Positions 29,381-40,815 of a DNA stretch of 64,000 nucleotides are shown here, piece after piece. Position 1 is the stretch's first letter; the number at the start of each line of letters is the position of its first letter. The stretch lies in NCBI RefSeq assembly GCF_009914755.1, contig NC_060933.1, one strand, 5' to 3'. The stretch comes from the human T2T-CHM13v2.0 reference genome, Homo sapiens. The notes under the pieces were generated by a model that was not told the origin of the DNA, searched no databases, and worked only from the letters and a program-made list of their open reading frames with translations. The translations under genes and the position numbers were made by a program.

Positions 29381-31154
29381 ATGCAAGAGTATTTTGAGTA
29401 ATCTAGAACATTCTTTTGGTTTTTACACAATAAGGAATCTCAGTCAAGTCAGCTTATTTTATAAGATCAAGAGATAAATCTCCTCATCCCTAGAGAGTGT
29501 TCTGCCAGATGCTAGAGAAATCTATCTGCTGGGTACCTAAATATAAGATTTCTACCAAGAGAAGAGACCAGATGGGCACACTGCCTTCCTGGAAATCTTT
29601 GTTTAACATATAACTGCCATGTTCGCTTTAGTCTTTGTCCTAATCATAAGATTAATCATTGAAGATAAATATTACATCGCATTGACATGTATACCATTTG
29701 TTACATTTCAGAATATCATGCACCAATGTCATAAATATTGTGAGCATATTTTTTTTTTCAATGATTATAACTATAAACGAGGATCTGGGGATGAATGGAA
29801 TTTCACTGATAAAATACAGATACTGGCATTTCTCACATAAGAAAAACTGTAAAATCCCATACTTTTGACCCATGAAATAGGTCTCACTGATTCTTTCCCT
29901 GAGAAGTCTTTGTCCTTATGTTGTGAATGCACAGAGAGACTATATTAAAACATTTTGTCTGTACATCTATTGTGTCTCTACACCATTTTCTTTTATGAAT
30001 AAGCCAAGCAGGGATGTTTGCCTCTCATAAATCTTTTACAAGAACAATTCCAGTAAAAGAAACCACAGATGTTACTGCCAGTTTAAGTTTCTAACAAACT
30101 GCTCTGCCAGTCCCACATGAGCTTCTACATTGAAAGCCTGCAGTACTTGGAAATTTCATGGATATTCCTGTCTTTTAGCTTTGGAATTTTTACCAATCAG
30201 AAAAGCACATTCTCATTTAAGCCTAAGCAATCACATCATGCTTAGTGTTTGCTTAAGATTAACCTCTGTTACTTTGGTCCTATCCAGTATCTTGCCCTTC
30301 TTTGCTTCTTTCTTTCCAAATATCCCCAGTTTTCCATCAAATTCTGTGCTGCAATGATTTGGAGGGTATCACAGACACGAACTCCTGGTATGAAATGTGG
30401 CCCTCATCACATTGTCTCTCCTCTGAGTAAGTTACTTTCACTATCGGACTGTTAACTCCTTGCAAAGGTAGGTTTCATGTCACCTTTGCATTCTTCAGTG
30501 CTTGTGTTGCAACTGCAGTCTTGATAGTGCTTGGTGTTTGTAGAATTAAGATAAATCGAGTATCATTTTTTTGGTTGAGTCATTTTTGATAATTTCATGT
30601 CATGTATTTTGTGAAATATTGGAATGTGTATAAAATTTTTGCTTCTTAATGTGGTGGGGAAAATGGTGATTAGGAAGCTGGCATATTCAAGCCTGGTAAC
30701 ACTTTGGTGTATATGATCTATATTACAGTAAAATTTATCATATGACTTTGATAGGCCTTAGGGGATAATGGATTTTTTCTCACAGACAATGATAAAGAAG
30801 TGAATGGTTTTATACACACATTATCACTTGTACACACATACCACTAGGTTCAAGGACTATGGATAAAAGCCAGTACAAAGTCTACTCTTGAATGATTGCT
30901 CTTGACCTTGTACAATCTTACCCGGGAATGTTTGTGTATCCCATGTTTTTATTCTTTTTAAGCTATAAAAGTGGATTTCTACCTCACCTCATTAAATTTT
31001 GAAACATGGCAATTTAGAACTAAATAAGAATGAATTTGGCTTTTTTTTAAGGCTGTCTTATAAATCTTATTTAGATACCATTTTAAGTTCTCTTTATGTG
31101 CATTTTTGTTTCTGTTGACTCAAAAGTCCTTAACAAAGTTTTCTTTAAAAAAAA

Positions 31155-31470
31155 CTTCAATTTTATTTGTACTTGATTAGATAGTACAGTCACATAGTGT
31201 AAAATTTAAGAGGTACAAAATAGTAGATAGTAACATAGTATAAATATCTTTTTCCCTAGCTACCCAGTTGAGCTCCTTGGAGTTAACCACTGTTGTGACT
31301 TACCTATCCTTCCAGAGTTGGTTTATTCTTGTGCTTGCTTACACATACACACACATTCCACATATATGTATATGTGTATGTACCTAAGGATGTATTTTTT
31401 AAGTGCAATTGGCAGCATATCATATACCCTACTTTGTACTGGCTTTTACTTTAGTGTATATGTCTAATCC
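31155..31470 (-). mobile_element. L1ME 3' fragment
   Basis: aaaatttaagaggtacaaaa…aaccactgtt…tatccttccagag…gcatatcatatac. Confidence 0.6.
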
Positions 31471-32599
31471 TTTCTTTTGCCTGGATCAAATATTTGTTTT
31501 TACAGTGACTTTCCATTTGTGGGGTCACGTGAATGTTTGTTGCAGGTTTGTTCAGTTATACTGTAGGCACCTCAGATAAGCTGTAAAACAACCCTATGGG
31601 CTAAGGTATCTGCAATATTTTATTAACTTCATTTCAAAAGTAAATAATAAGCTGGCTTCTGTCCACTGAGGGTCAGAGTCTGTATGATTATCCTTCCAGC
31701 TTCAGCTTCTGACATGTTGGGCAAGACTAAACATAAAGCCAGTTGAGTAAGCTGCCTATAGGAATTTGGCAAAGAAACAAGAAATGTCTATCATTTATTT
31801 CTTATTATGCTCTGCCTACTTAACAACAAAACAAAAACCATAAAACAATAAACACTTTTATTTTCATTTCTGACGATGACCCTACTGATTTTAGTCAGGT
31901 TAACTACTATTAATAATTCGTCTCACCACTGCCCCCTATCCTGAACTTTTAGAAATTCTCAGGTTCTCTGTTTTTAGAATATGCTTCATCACAATTTTAT
32001 GTTAAGAATCAATGTCATTGCTAATCTTTTTGCATATTCAGTATATATACACATTACTTATTAACTTTTTGGATTGTCCTTGCTTTACCAGAAAATCTCA
32101 GTAATGGCAAACATTTAAAAACTTCTCCTTATTTCTTTATCACAGAAATTAAACAGGTACTATGTCATATAACTAGAAAAGTAACTCACACTGGATGAGA
32201 ACATAATGCTACCTGTTACTCATGGCAGTTTTCTGCGACTCAGAGTTTTTTGCAATGAGGGTTTTACTGTCCTTGTATCTTAAGAATGAACTTTATTTTT
32301 TGGTTTAGAAAATATAAATCCTGTCCCTCTCAAGGCAGGGGTTGGAGGGATAGAAAAAAGAGCCATGACTTATTATCAGAATGTCTTGATCAAATCTAAA
32401 CAGTTACATTTAAGTATTTGTGTAACATTAGACAGGTCACTTAGCAGCTCTGATAGTGGCATTAACAACTACTGAGCAAAAGTGTTTATGAAATGCTCTG
32501 ATGGTTAAGGTCGAGTAGCTTTTCTTTCACATAGTTTTCCTGTGCTTCCTATTGATGTCTCATTTTTTTCTGTACTCATGTAGTATTTCTTTGCTTCTA

Positions 32600-32770
32600 C
32601 CACAAACCATAGTAGCCTCAGTTTACTCCCATGTGAAGTGGTACTATGAACTCTTTCTCTATGTCACAAAATTGATGTGAAGATCAAACAGGGATAATAT
32701 ATATGAGATTGCCCTCATAAACCACAAAGAACTCTGCAGCTATAAAATATTAGTGTGCCATTTCCTTACA
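32600..32770 (+). mobile_element. MIR fragment
   Basis: gcctcagtttactcccatgtgaagtgg…tgtgaagatcaaa. Confidence 0.65.
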
Positions 32771-34262
32771 TGTGGACTGGACCTAGGCTCTAACAGCTGT
32801 ATGTGAAAAAGTCTTGTTTCCTGAACAAAGAGCAAGTTAGATGCCCCCAGAGAAGCTGGGATTTTGCTATGTGCAGTATAAATATAGCATTCAGTACTCA
32901 TTGAAATGAATTTGTCTGAAGTTAGTGTCATATCATTTGAAAACAAGTTCCACTTCTCTGTCTCTTATAAATTATTCTTTTTTATATTTCACAGAGATCA
33001 GTTTGGGACCAGTTTAGTTTAGTCCATGCAATAGATAAAGTGCATTGGCGGTTTCAAAATCTCCCGTGATAGAAATACTTTGAATCACCAAACGGCATCT
33101 TCAATTTTCAATAGCAAAATGATTGAGCATTTGTGCAAAGGATCTGAAGATCAACAAAAGACCACATGGTGTTTGTTTTGTCATTTACTTGGAGACAGGA
33201 TGAAGGAAGTACAAGTTGCAGTGCAGTGAATTGAGGGCCAGCTACAAGCTACACTCAGCCATCTGATTCACTGGTTTAGGGGTGCATTCTTGCTCAATGG
33301 TCGACTTAAAAAACAGGAAGAATGGGTATTTTATGACTCACATAAGTTCTCTAAAGTGTTTTATTTTTATTTTCTGAATATTTCAACCTTAGTGATTCAA
33401 TTTCTGGAACATTTCAGGTTTACAACCTTTTCTTCTGATTGAAAAATGTCATGCTTGACTTGTATAGGAGTGCTAGAGAATATGCTCATTTTATGCAGAT
33501 CTTTTCAGGTAAAGGTAAATCTAAGTTTGATATTGAGTTAAAAGTATTGAGTTACTAAACATTAAAATAGTTTGCAGAATATCACAGAATGTATTTGAAT
33601 GCTGTTGCTAATGTAACTGAATAAATACCATAATAAATATAATATTTTAAGTAGAATAAAAATGCATATGAGTGAAATTATACAATAATCAATTATCCTT
33701 TTATTTGGCAAATACTTACTAAAGATTTTCCATATACAGGCTACCTAATATGTTTTGAGACATCTACCTTTAACTGTAAATGAAATAAAGAAGAAAATTA
33801 GAAATAAGAGGAATAAGAAATCATTCTGGACAGTCTGAGTAAGGAGAACAGTCATAACATAAATATTTGGAATTGAGGAATTACACAAGATTCTAAAAAT
33901 TTTAAAGTGCATAATTGAATAATTATATTTTATCCCTTCAATCTGTATATTTTAATGATGGCAGTGAGAAACAATTCTAATGCTTTAGAAAATCCAACTT
34001 TTAAAAAATGATTTTTAAAATTTTTCCCTCTGATTTATGGTTGGCTACTTTGATGAAATCTTCCATTAAACAGATACTTGCTAACATGACCTCCTCCTTG
34101 GTTTTTCTAATTTTCTTAAATTTAGTAATTTTGTTTCTTGGTTGTTGAAAAGAAACTATTTTGCATGGCACATTATGCCAAGAAAAATTAACTTTATTAA
34201 ATAAACTGAAGTAATACACAGTATTCCTATTCCATAAGTTTTCATATTACAAAAAAGTTTGT

Positions 34263-34572
34263 TGCCGGGTGTGGTAGCTCATGTCTGTAATCCTGGTGAA
34301 TTGGGAGGCTGAAATGGGAGGATTGCTTGAGGCCAGGAGTTCAAGACCAGCCTGAGGCCAGGAGTTCAAGACATAGTAAGAGACTGTCTCTCTTAAAAAA
34401 ACGTTTTTAAAAAAGTTAGTTGGGCATGGTGGTGTCTGCCTATAGTTTCAGCGACTTGGAAGGCTGAGTTAGGGAGATCACTTGAGCCCAGGAGTTCAAG
34501 GTTGCAGTGAGCTATGCTCATGCCACTGAACTCCAGCTTGGGCAGGAGAGCAAGAGCCCACTATTAAACAAA
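34263..34572 (+). mobile_element. AluJ with internal 20-bp duplication
   Basis: Diverged dimer with J features (ggaggattgcttgagg, cacttgagcccaggagttcaagg, gctatg). Confidence 0.92.
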
Positions 34573-36166
34573 TTGTAAAAGGTTCATGTGTATAGCCTTC
34601 TATTTTGTAACAGTTAACTAAGGGCAGACTTTAGAAACCAAGAGGAAAATACTGTATTCTGAAATGAATAACTTAAATCTCTTTCCTCTTTTATCTAAAT
34701 ATGTTTGTCAAGCATTCATTTTCAGTTTTGGAAGAGGACACAGAGACATTCATTGTTCAAAACAGGCATAATTCAGTGTTCTTTTCTGTTAGCGAAGCGA
34801 ATGCAGGGAAGGGCCATGTTGACTAGGACCCGTCAGAATGGCGGGCAGCCCATCACCCAGGATGGGACAGTGATGCTTACTGTATACCACGAGGAAGAGC
34901 TCCTGGATAGTTCCCACAGGCAGCCTACTTCAGTTTTGTTCATTTAAACCAATAATTGGGGAAACTACACTAGAATCATCTTGTGAGTATCTGTCCATGC
35001 ATAAAAGTCTTTGGGCTGAGTGATTTGGCTGTCCCAAAACACCCTCCTTTCTTGTGGCCTCTGCCTCTTGCTGTTGCAGAGACGTTTGGCTCTGCACCTC
35101 CTTTATGAGTGGGTGTTCTGCACCAGAGCCAGCTTCCAATTTCCGTGCCGGTTTAGAATCAACAACCACAGGACTCACATTTTATCCCCCACTGCCTCCC
35201 TTCTCTCCCCTCATTCATGGCACCATGCATATTTTTATGAATCCCCTCTCTTTTTTCAAAGTTAAAAAAATAAAAGAAACAGGGAAACACAGATGCTCCT
35301 ACTGTTGCTCCATATGGAAACCCACTTTCTAAGCAAGCAAATTGTAGATCTGGGAAGCACACATTGCTGTCCCAAGCTTCCCCCTGGGAGTGTGCAGCTG
35401 GATGGGATCCTTTATTCAAAAGAGCAAGGAGAAGGGTGTGGGTTGGGGGTGGGTTGCACCGTGGAATGATCAATGTAGTCTGTAGGGACATGCAGAGGGA
35501 AATCTGCAAAATGTTAGTCTCCTCCATCTCGGATGATTCTCAGCATCTCCAACTGTAAATTCGTGGTAGCCTGGTAGAGCCACTTGGAATTTGAGAACTC
35601 AGGTTTTGATGAACTTTCTGGCTGTTTCTTTTGCTATTTACAATTTAGGAGTTCTATTTCATTAGAGTTAATTCCAAAAGGCTATCTATAGGAACATAAA
35701 GTGAAAGTCCTGTTACCTCCTTCTTGAACCACAGTTTCTATATTCACTTTTAAGAATCTAACAGATTGATTTGGGTATAAGGTGTTTGAGAGCAGAACTT
35801 CTCTCTCCTTTTTATATGCCCTATAACATAAACCTAATACATGAACATTCATAAAGAGGTAGACGAGTTGATGAAAGAATGATTACATGTAGCTTAAATT
35901 TATGATTAATAACTGGATTTCTATAAAATCTCATTGGCTTGTTTGTGCCCTTTAATTTGTAAATTATATCCTTTTTGGGAGGGTTATATAATGAAAATTT
36001 ATATATAATATTTAGAAAACATTATAGATATTACATATGCTAATATTTTCTGGAGATGTCTTTGAGTCAAGACATTGGAACAAAATATTATATATAAAGT
36101 TTGGTTGTCTATTATAACTATATCACACTGGTATTCAAAAATTGATTCAGAAAGCAGTATTTGCTA

Positions 36167-36170
<4 letters not shown>

Positions 36171-36203
<33 letters not shown>
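36171..36203. repeat. Poly(T)33
   Basis: Uninterrupted T run. Confidence 0.98.
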
Positions 36204-36204
<1 letters not shown>

Positions 36205-36913
36205 GTGGGCTCTGAATAAACCTGGGAACAAGGAAAGGGTTGAAAAGATACGGATTTTTATTAAATATGTTCGAAGCAATTCAGTACCTTGGGGAAAACA
36301 ACTTCAAACTTCCAAGGGCTTCTCTGCAGCTGGGAAAGTAAATTTGTAGAAAACTTTTTTCATGTTTAACTCCAAAACATGAAACCTGGCTCTATATACC
36401 ACACTGATTCACATCTTACCCAGAGGGACAGATTCACATCTCTGTTGGGATGTACATGCAAGGATTTCCTGTACACAGAGATGGAATAAGCTATTGTGTT
36501 GGCTGGCAATTTCTAGTCACAGAGTAAGGAGACTGCATGTCTTTAAGGATTTAGGTTTTCATCTTTAATAAGTGTGGATTAACTCATGGTGTTTCATTAC
36601 TCTCTTCTCAAAGTTCAATCATTTGCATGCCCTCTTTATAATTGTTTCCATTTTTATGTACCATTATAATTTTGAACTATGTCATTAAATCTGCTTACTT
36701 TGTAATTCAGTTAACTTAAAAGTGAACTTTATATCACCACCATAAGTGAAAAGTAGTGCCACAGGTCGTAGATGAAAAGTAATTGGAAAAATAAACACAG
36801 GGGTAATAAAATGACGTCTTTAAATTCTAGCTATGTTTTGTTGTCTGCCCAAGTCTCTGTGCTTAAGGTTAGTTTGTTCTTTGTTAAATGGGAGATTCTT
36901 AAGTGTTAGAAAG

Positions 36914-37200
36914 GGCCAGGCGCGGTGGCTCACGCCTGTAATCCCAGCACTTTGGGAGGCCGAGGCGGGTGGATCACCTGAAGGCAGGAGTTCGAGACCA
37001 GCCTGGCCAACATGGCAAAACCCTGTCTCTATTAAAAATACAAAAATTAGCTGGGCATGGTGGCAAGTGCCTGTAATCCCAGCTATTCAGGAGGCTGAGG
37101 CAGGAGAATCACTTGAACCTGGGAGGCGGAGGTTGCAGTGAGCCGAGATCGCCCCCACTGCACTCCAGCTTCAGCTTGGGACAGAGCGAGACTCCATCTC

Positions 37201-37229
<29 letters not shown>
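36914..37229 (+). mobile_element. AluS (Sx/Sz-like) with A29 tail
   Basis: Full dimer; ggatcacctga, ccagcctggccaacatgg; no clear TSD. Confidence 0.95.
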
Positions 37230-37231
<2 letters not shown>

Positions 37232-37946
37232 ATGGCACCACCACAATGACCAGTTCTCCCTTATTTAATCAGAATGATTGAAAGAAATGGCAAAAGAAAT
37301 AAGCTTATGACAAGGTGATGTTATTTAATATAGTGTCACTATGTTCTTTCAAATAATCTTGCATAAATCCCGAAAACAATTTGAGTATTCTTAAAATCCT
37401 AAGTACCGTCAGTGATAAAGCATCCCAAGTCTTGGGAAATGCTGCTGTATAATAAAGATTTTGACACAGAAACTGAAGCACCAATAATAGAAGTATTATA
37501 ATAAATTGCTCATATTTCTGGGATGCTAGCATCACCAGGGTAACTAGTGTTCAGTTACATAGAGAAAGATAGTTACAAATGTTTATATAAGACATAGGAG
37601 GTAGGGTTATTTATATCTAATTAACTTTAAGTTGACTTAAAAGTATCTAAAATATTCTTTATTATTTTATGCATCCATCCCTTTTGAAAATACATATTTA
37701 TATAATGTGTACCTATATATACAGAAAGCAAGTGATTATTAGATGACTAGCTCTTTACTAAAATATTGTTTTTATATTTTTAGGTAATTAAAAATTGCTA
37801 TTCTCATTTAGGTATGTTGTTGAAATATTTTGTTGTTGTTTATTCCCTTAATTTAAACAGCAATTCTAGGTGAAATTTAAACAGAATTTTATGACTATGA
37901 GATCCTAATCAAAATAGCAGTGGGTTCAGTGAACAAGCTGTTAGAT

Positions 37947-38361
37947 CAACCCAAATGTCCAACAATGATAGACTGGATTAAGAAAATGTGGCACATATAC
38001 ACCATGGAATACTATGCAGCCATAAAAAATGATGAGTTCATGTCCTTTGGAGAGACATAGATGAAAGTGGAAATCATCATTCTCAGTAAACTATTGCGAG
38101 AACAAAAAACCAAACACCGCATATTCTCACTCATAGGTGGGAATTGAACAATGAGAACACATGGACACAGGAAGGGGAACATCACACTCTGGGGACTGTT
38201 GTGGGGTGGGGGGAGAGAGGAGGGATAGCATTAGGAGATATACCTAATGCTAAATGACGAGTTAATGGGTGCATCACACCAGCATGGCACATGTACACAT
38301 ATGTAACTAACCTGCACATTGTGCACATGTACCCTAAAACTTAAAGTATAATAAAAAAAAA
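37947..38361 (+). mobile_element. 5'-truncated young L1PA (about PA2-PA3)
   Basis: caacccaaatgtccaacaatgatagactgg…gaacaaaaaaccaaacaccgcatattctc…cttaaagtataataaaa. Confidence 0.97.
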
Positions 38362-38364
38362 TGC

Positions 38365-38600
38365 AAGTGGTTAAGGGTTAGCCTGACTCTTTAGATTCCA
38401 ATCCCAGCTCTACTATTTACTAGCCATGTAAATTTCATCAAGTTATTTAATCTTTTTGTGCTAACTTTCTCGTTGTTAAGGTCACAATAGAAATGATGAT
38501 GCCTACTTTATTTGTTTTACTTACTTAAAGAGTTAATATGTATAATGCATGGAACAATACCTGGCATGCAGTGAAAATTCAAAAACATTAGCAGATACTC
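38365..38600 (+). mobile_element. MIR
   Basis: agtggttaag…aatcccagctctactatttactagc…caagttatttaatct…cctggcatgcagt. Confidence 0.85.
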
Positions 38601-38974
38601 CTCTTCCTCCACCTCCTCTTCCTCATTCTAGAGGGCCTTTTGCCATATTATGAGATGAGAAATATGAAAGCATAAAATGCCACATACCACATTGAAACCA
38701 TAATCATTGTGCTCTTACTGTGTTTAGTGAGTTTAAGTAGTGGGCAATTTAGATTACAAAACTTTCCTGATTTTGAGAATTACAGTCATGTTAATTCATA
38801 TTCCAGTTTTCTTGAGGCCATTACCTAATATGAAGAGATATTATTCACAGTCAGGATGGAGGGGCGGTGAAATACTCAGCACAGAGAGCTGTCGGCAGCA
38901 CTAAGCTTTACAACAGCAGCCGGGCCTAGGAACTTGGAGAGTCTTGTCTGGAGGCGGTGATTAAAAGCTTGTAA

Positions 38975-39300
38975 AATAAGATCTATGGAGGAAGGCTAAA
39001 GAAATTTGGATTGTTTACCCTGGAGAAGAGAAGACTTAAGGGTGATTTAATGCTGTTATTGAAGCATAAGAGGGTTCTTTTCTAGAGCCTCCTGGTAAGC
39101 TCCTCTGTAGCTCTCCTGAGATTCAAACAGGAGGGGGTGGGCTGACAGTGAGCACAGAGGATTTAGAGTAGGTAAGAAAAGCTTTCGACAGGATAATTTT
39201 TTTAAAAACAAAACAATTTGAAAGGGAGACTGTGGAAGTTAGGTTTCTGGAAGTTGTTAGTAATAATAATAGCCATCTGAAGTGGTTTGGTCTGGTCCTG
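38975..39300 (+). mobile_element. CR1/L3 LINE 3' relic
   Basis: Translates as RLKKFGLFTLEKRRLKGDL, matching the CR1 ORF2 C-terminal motif RLRELGLFSLEKRRLRGDL. Confidence 0.85.
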
Positions 39301-39435
39301 CCCGGAGGCATAGTGATGGGGTGTATTGGCCAAAAACGTACTTCCTGTGAATCAGTAAAGGGCTGGCCCACCCCACCCTTAGAAATGGACTGTTTATTAA
39401 GATAGCAGCTCTTCCCATCAGTGAGAGTGTAAGTG

Positions 39436-39766
39436 CAGTTGGCCCTCCATATCTGTATGTTATACATCTCTGGATTCAACCAACCATGGATCACAAATAA
39501 AGTCAAAAAGAAAAACAACTAAAAATAACAATACAACAATAAAAATAATACAAATTAAAACAATACAGTGTATCAACTATTTACATAGCATTTACCTTGA
39601 ATTAGGTATTATAAGTAATCTACAGATCATTTAATGTTTACAAGAAGGTCTGTGTAGGCCATATGCAAATACTAGACCATTTTATATAAGGAACTTAAAC
39701 ATGTATGGATTTTGCTATTCTCTGGGGTTCTAGAACCAATCCTCCATGGATACCAATGAACAAATG
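39436..39766 (-). mobile_element. MER2 (TcMar-Tigger) DNA transposon
   Basis: caactatttacatagcatttac…attaggtattataagtaatct…atatgcaaatact…ccattttatataagg…gaaccaatcc…ggatacc. Confidence 0.9.
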
Positions 39767-40299
39767 CACCTCAAAATGGTAAACCCCACAAGGAAAGCCT
39801 TCAACCCAGGGTTCCTAAAGGGAAACGCAAACCAAGCAGAGGTTCTCAGCTGGAGCCATGACTGACTATGTGTCCCCCTGGATGCTTCTGGAAGTTTTTA
39901 ATGTTGTGAATCTAGAAATTTTAATATATTTAACAAGTTTTCACTGAAAGCACTCTATGTGGCAATAGCAGTGCTAAGTTCTAAGGTTATAAAAGCAAGT
40001 AAGATACATCTTTGCATTCAAGAAGCTCACATTCTGACAGCCTAAGGCAGCATGTGAAAGATCAATTACAGAGTGGTATAGTGCTATACAGCACTTTACT
40101 CTGGGACCTAGAAGAGGTTACCTAACTTGGCCTTGTAAGTCAGGAGAGTTTCCAGTGGAGGTGGTCCTTGAGGTAAAGGTATAAAGATAAATAGGAGTTT
40201 ACCAGATGGATTTAAAAACAAAACAACAGAACAGCATGTGTAAAGACAGGAAGATACAAGGAAGAATGGATGGTTACATTAGCTAAGTGTGTGTCTAAA

Positions 40300-40585
40300 A
40301 CAGGTCTATCATTACGTGACTCACTGCTGACATGTAAGCTATCTGGCAGCTGAAATACGGTGTCTGAATTAGGATGTGCTTTAAGTGTAACATACACACC
40401 ATATCTCAAAGACTTAGTATAAAAAAGAATATGTTTCATTTTTAACTTATGACATGTTGAAATGATAATTTCAATATATCGAGTTGAAGAAAATATACAA
40501 CTTATTCCACCTATTTTAGTTTACTTTTTTCTAATGCAGTTACTGGAAACATTTAAATTATATATGTGGCTCACATTTTACTCAC
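40300..40585 (+). mobile_element. MER33 hAT-Charlie
   Basis: gatgtgctttaagtgtaacatacacacc…aaagacttagtat…acatgttgaaatgataat…atttaaattatatatgtggctcacatt. Confidence 0.85.
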
Positions 40586-40599
40586 AATAAGAAGGACAT

Positions 40600-40815
40600 A
40601 TTACACTGCAACGTATTATATACATACATACATACATACACATATATGGAAAATGCAAACACTGAAACAAAAGGTTCATAAGTTTACCATTATGCTTTGC
40701 AGCACACTCTGATATTGCCTATTCTATTCTATTTCATATTGTTTTAATGCTGGTTACAACCCATTAACTTGATTTCAAAGCCCACTTATGGGTCAAAATT
40801 TATAGTTTAAAACAT
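40600..40815. mobile_element. hAT DNA transposon fragment, family uncertain
   Basis: acactgaaacaaaag…acccattaacttgatttc…cccacttatgggtc…agtttaaaac. Confidence 0.55.

Noticed and set aside
36171-36265. Poly(T)33 as the tail of an antisense processed pseudogene
   Set aside because: The nearest minus-strand AATAAA is about 50 nt away, with no TSD and no recognisable mRNA body.
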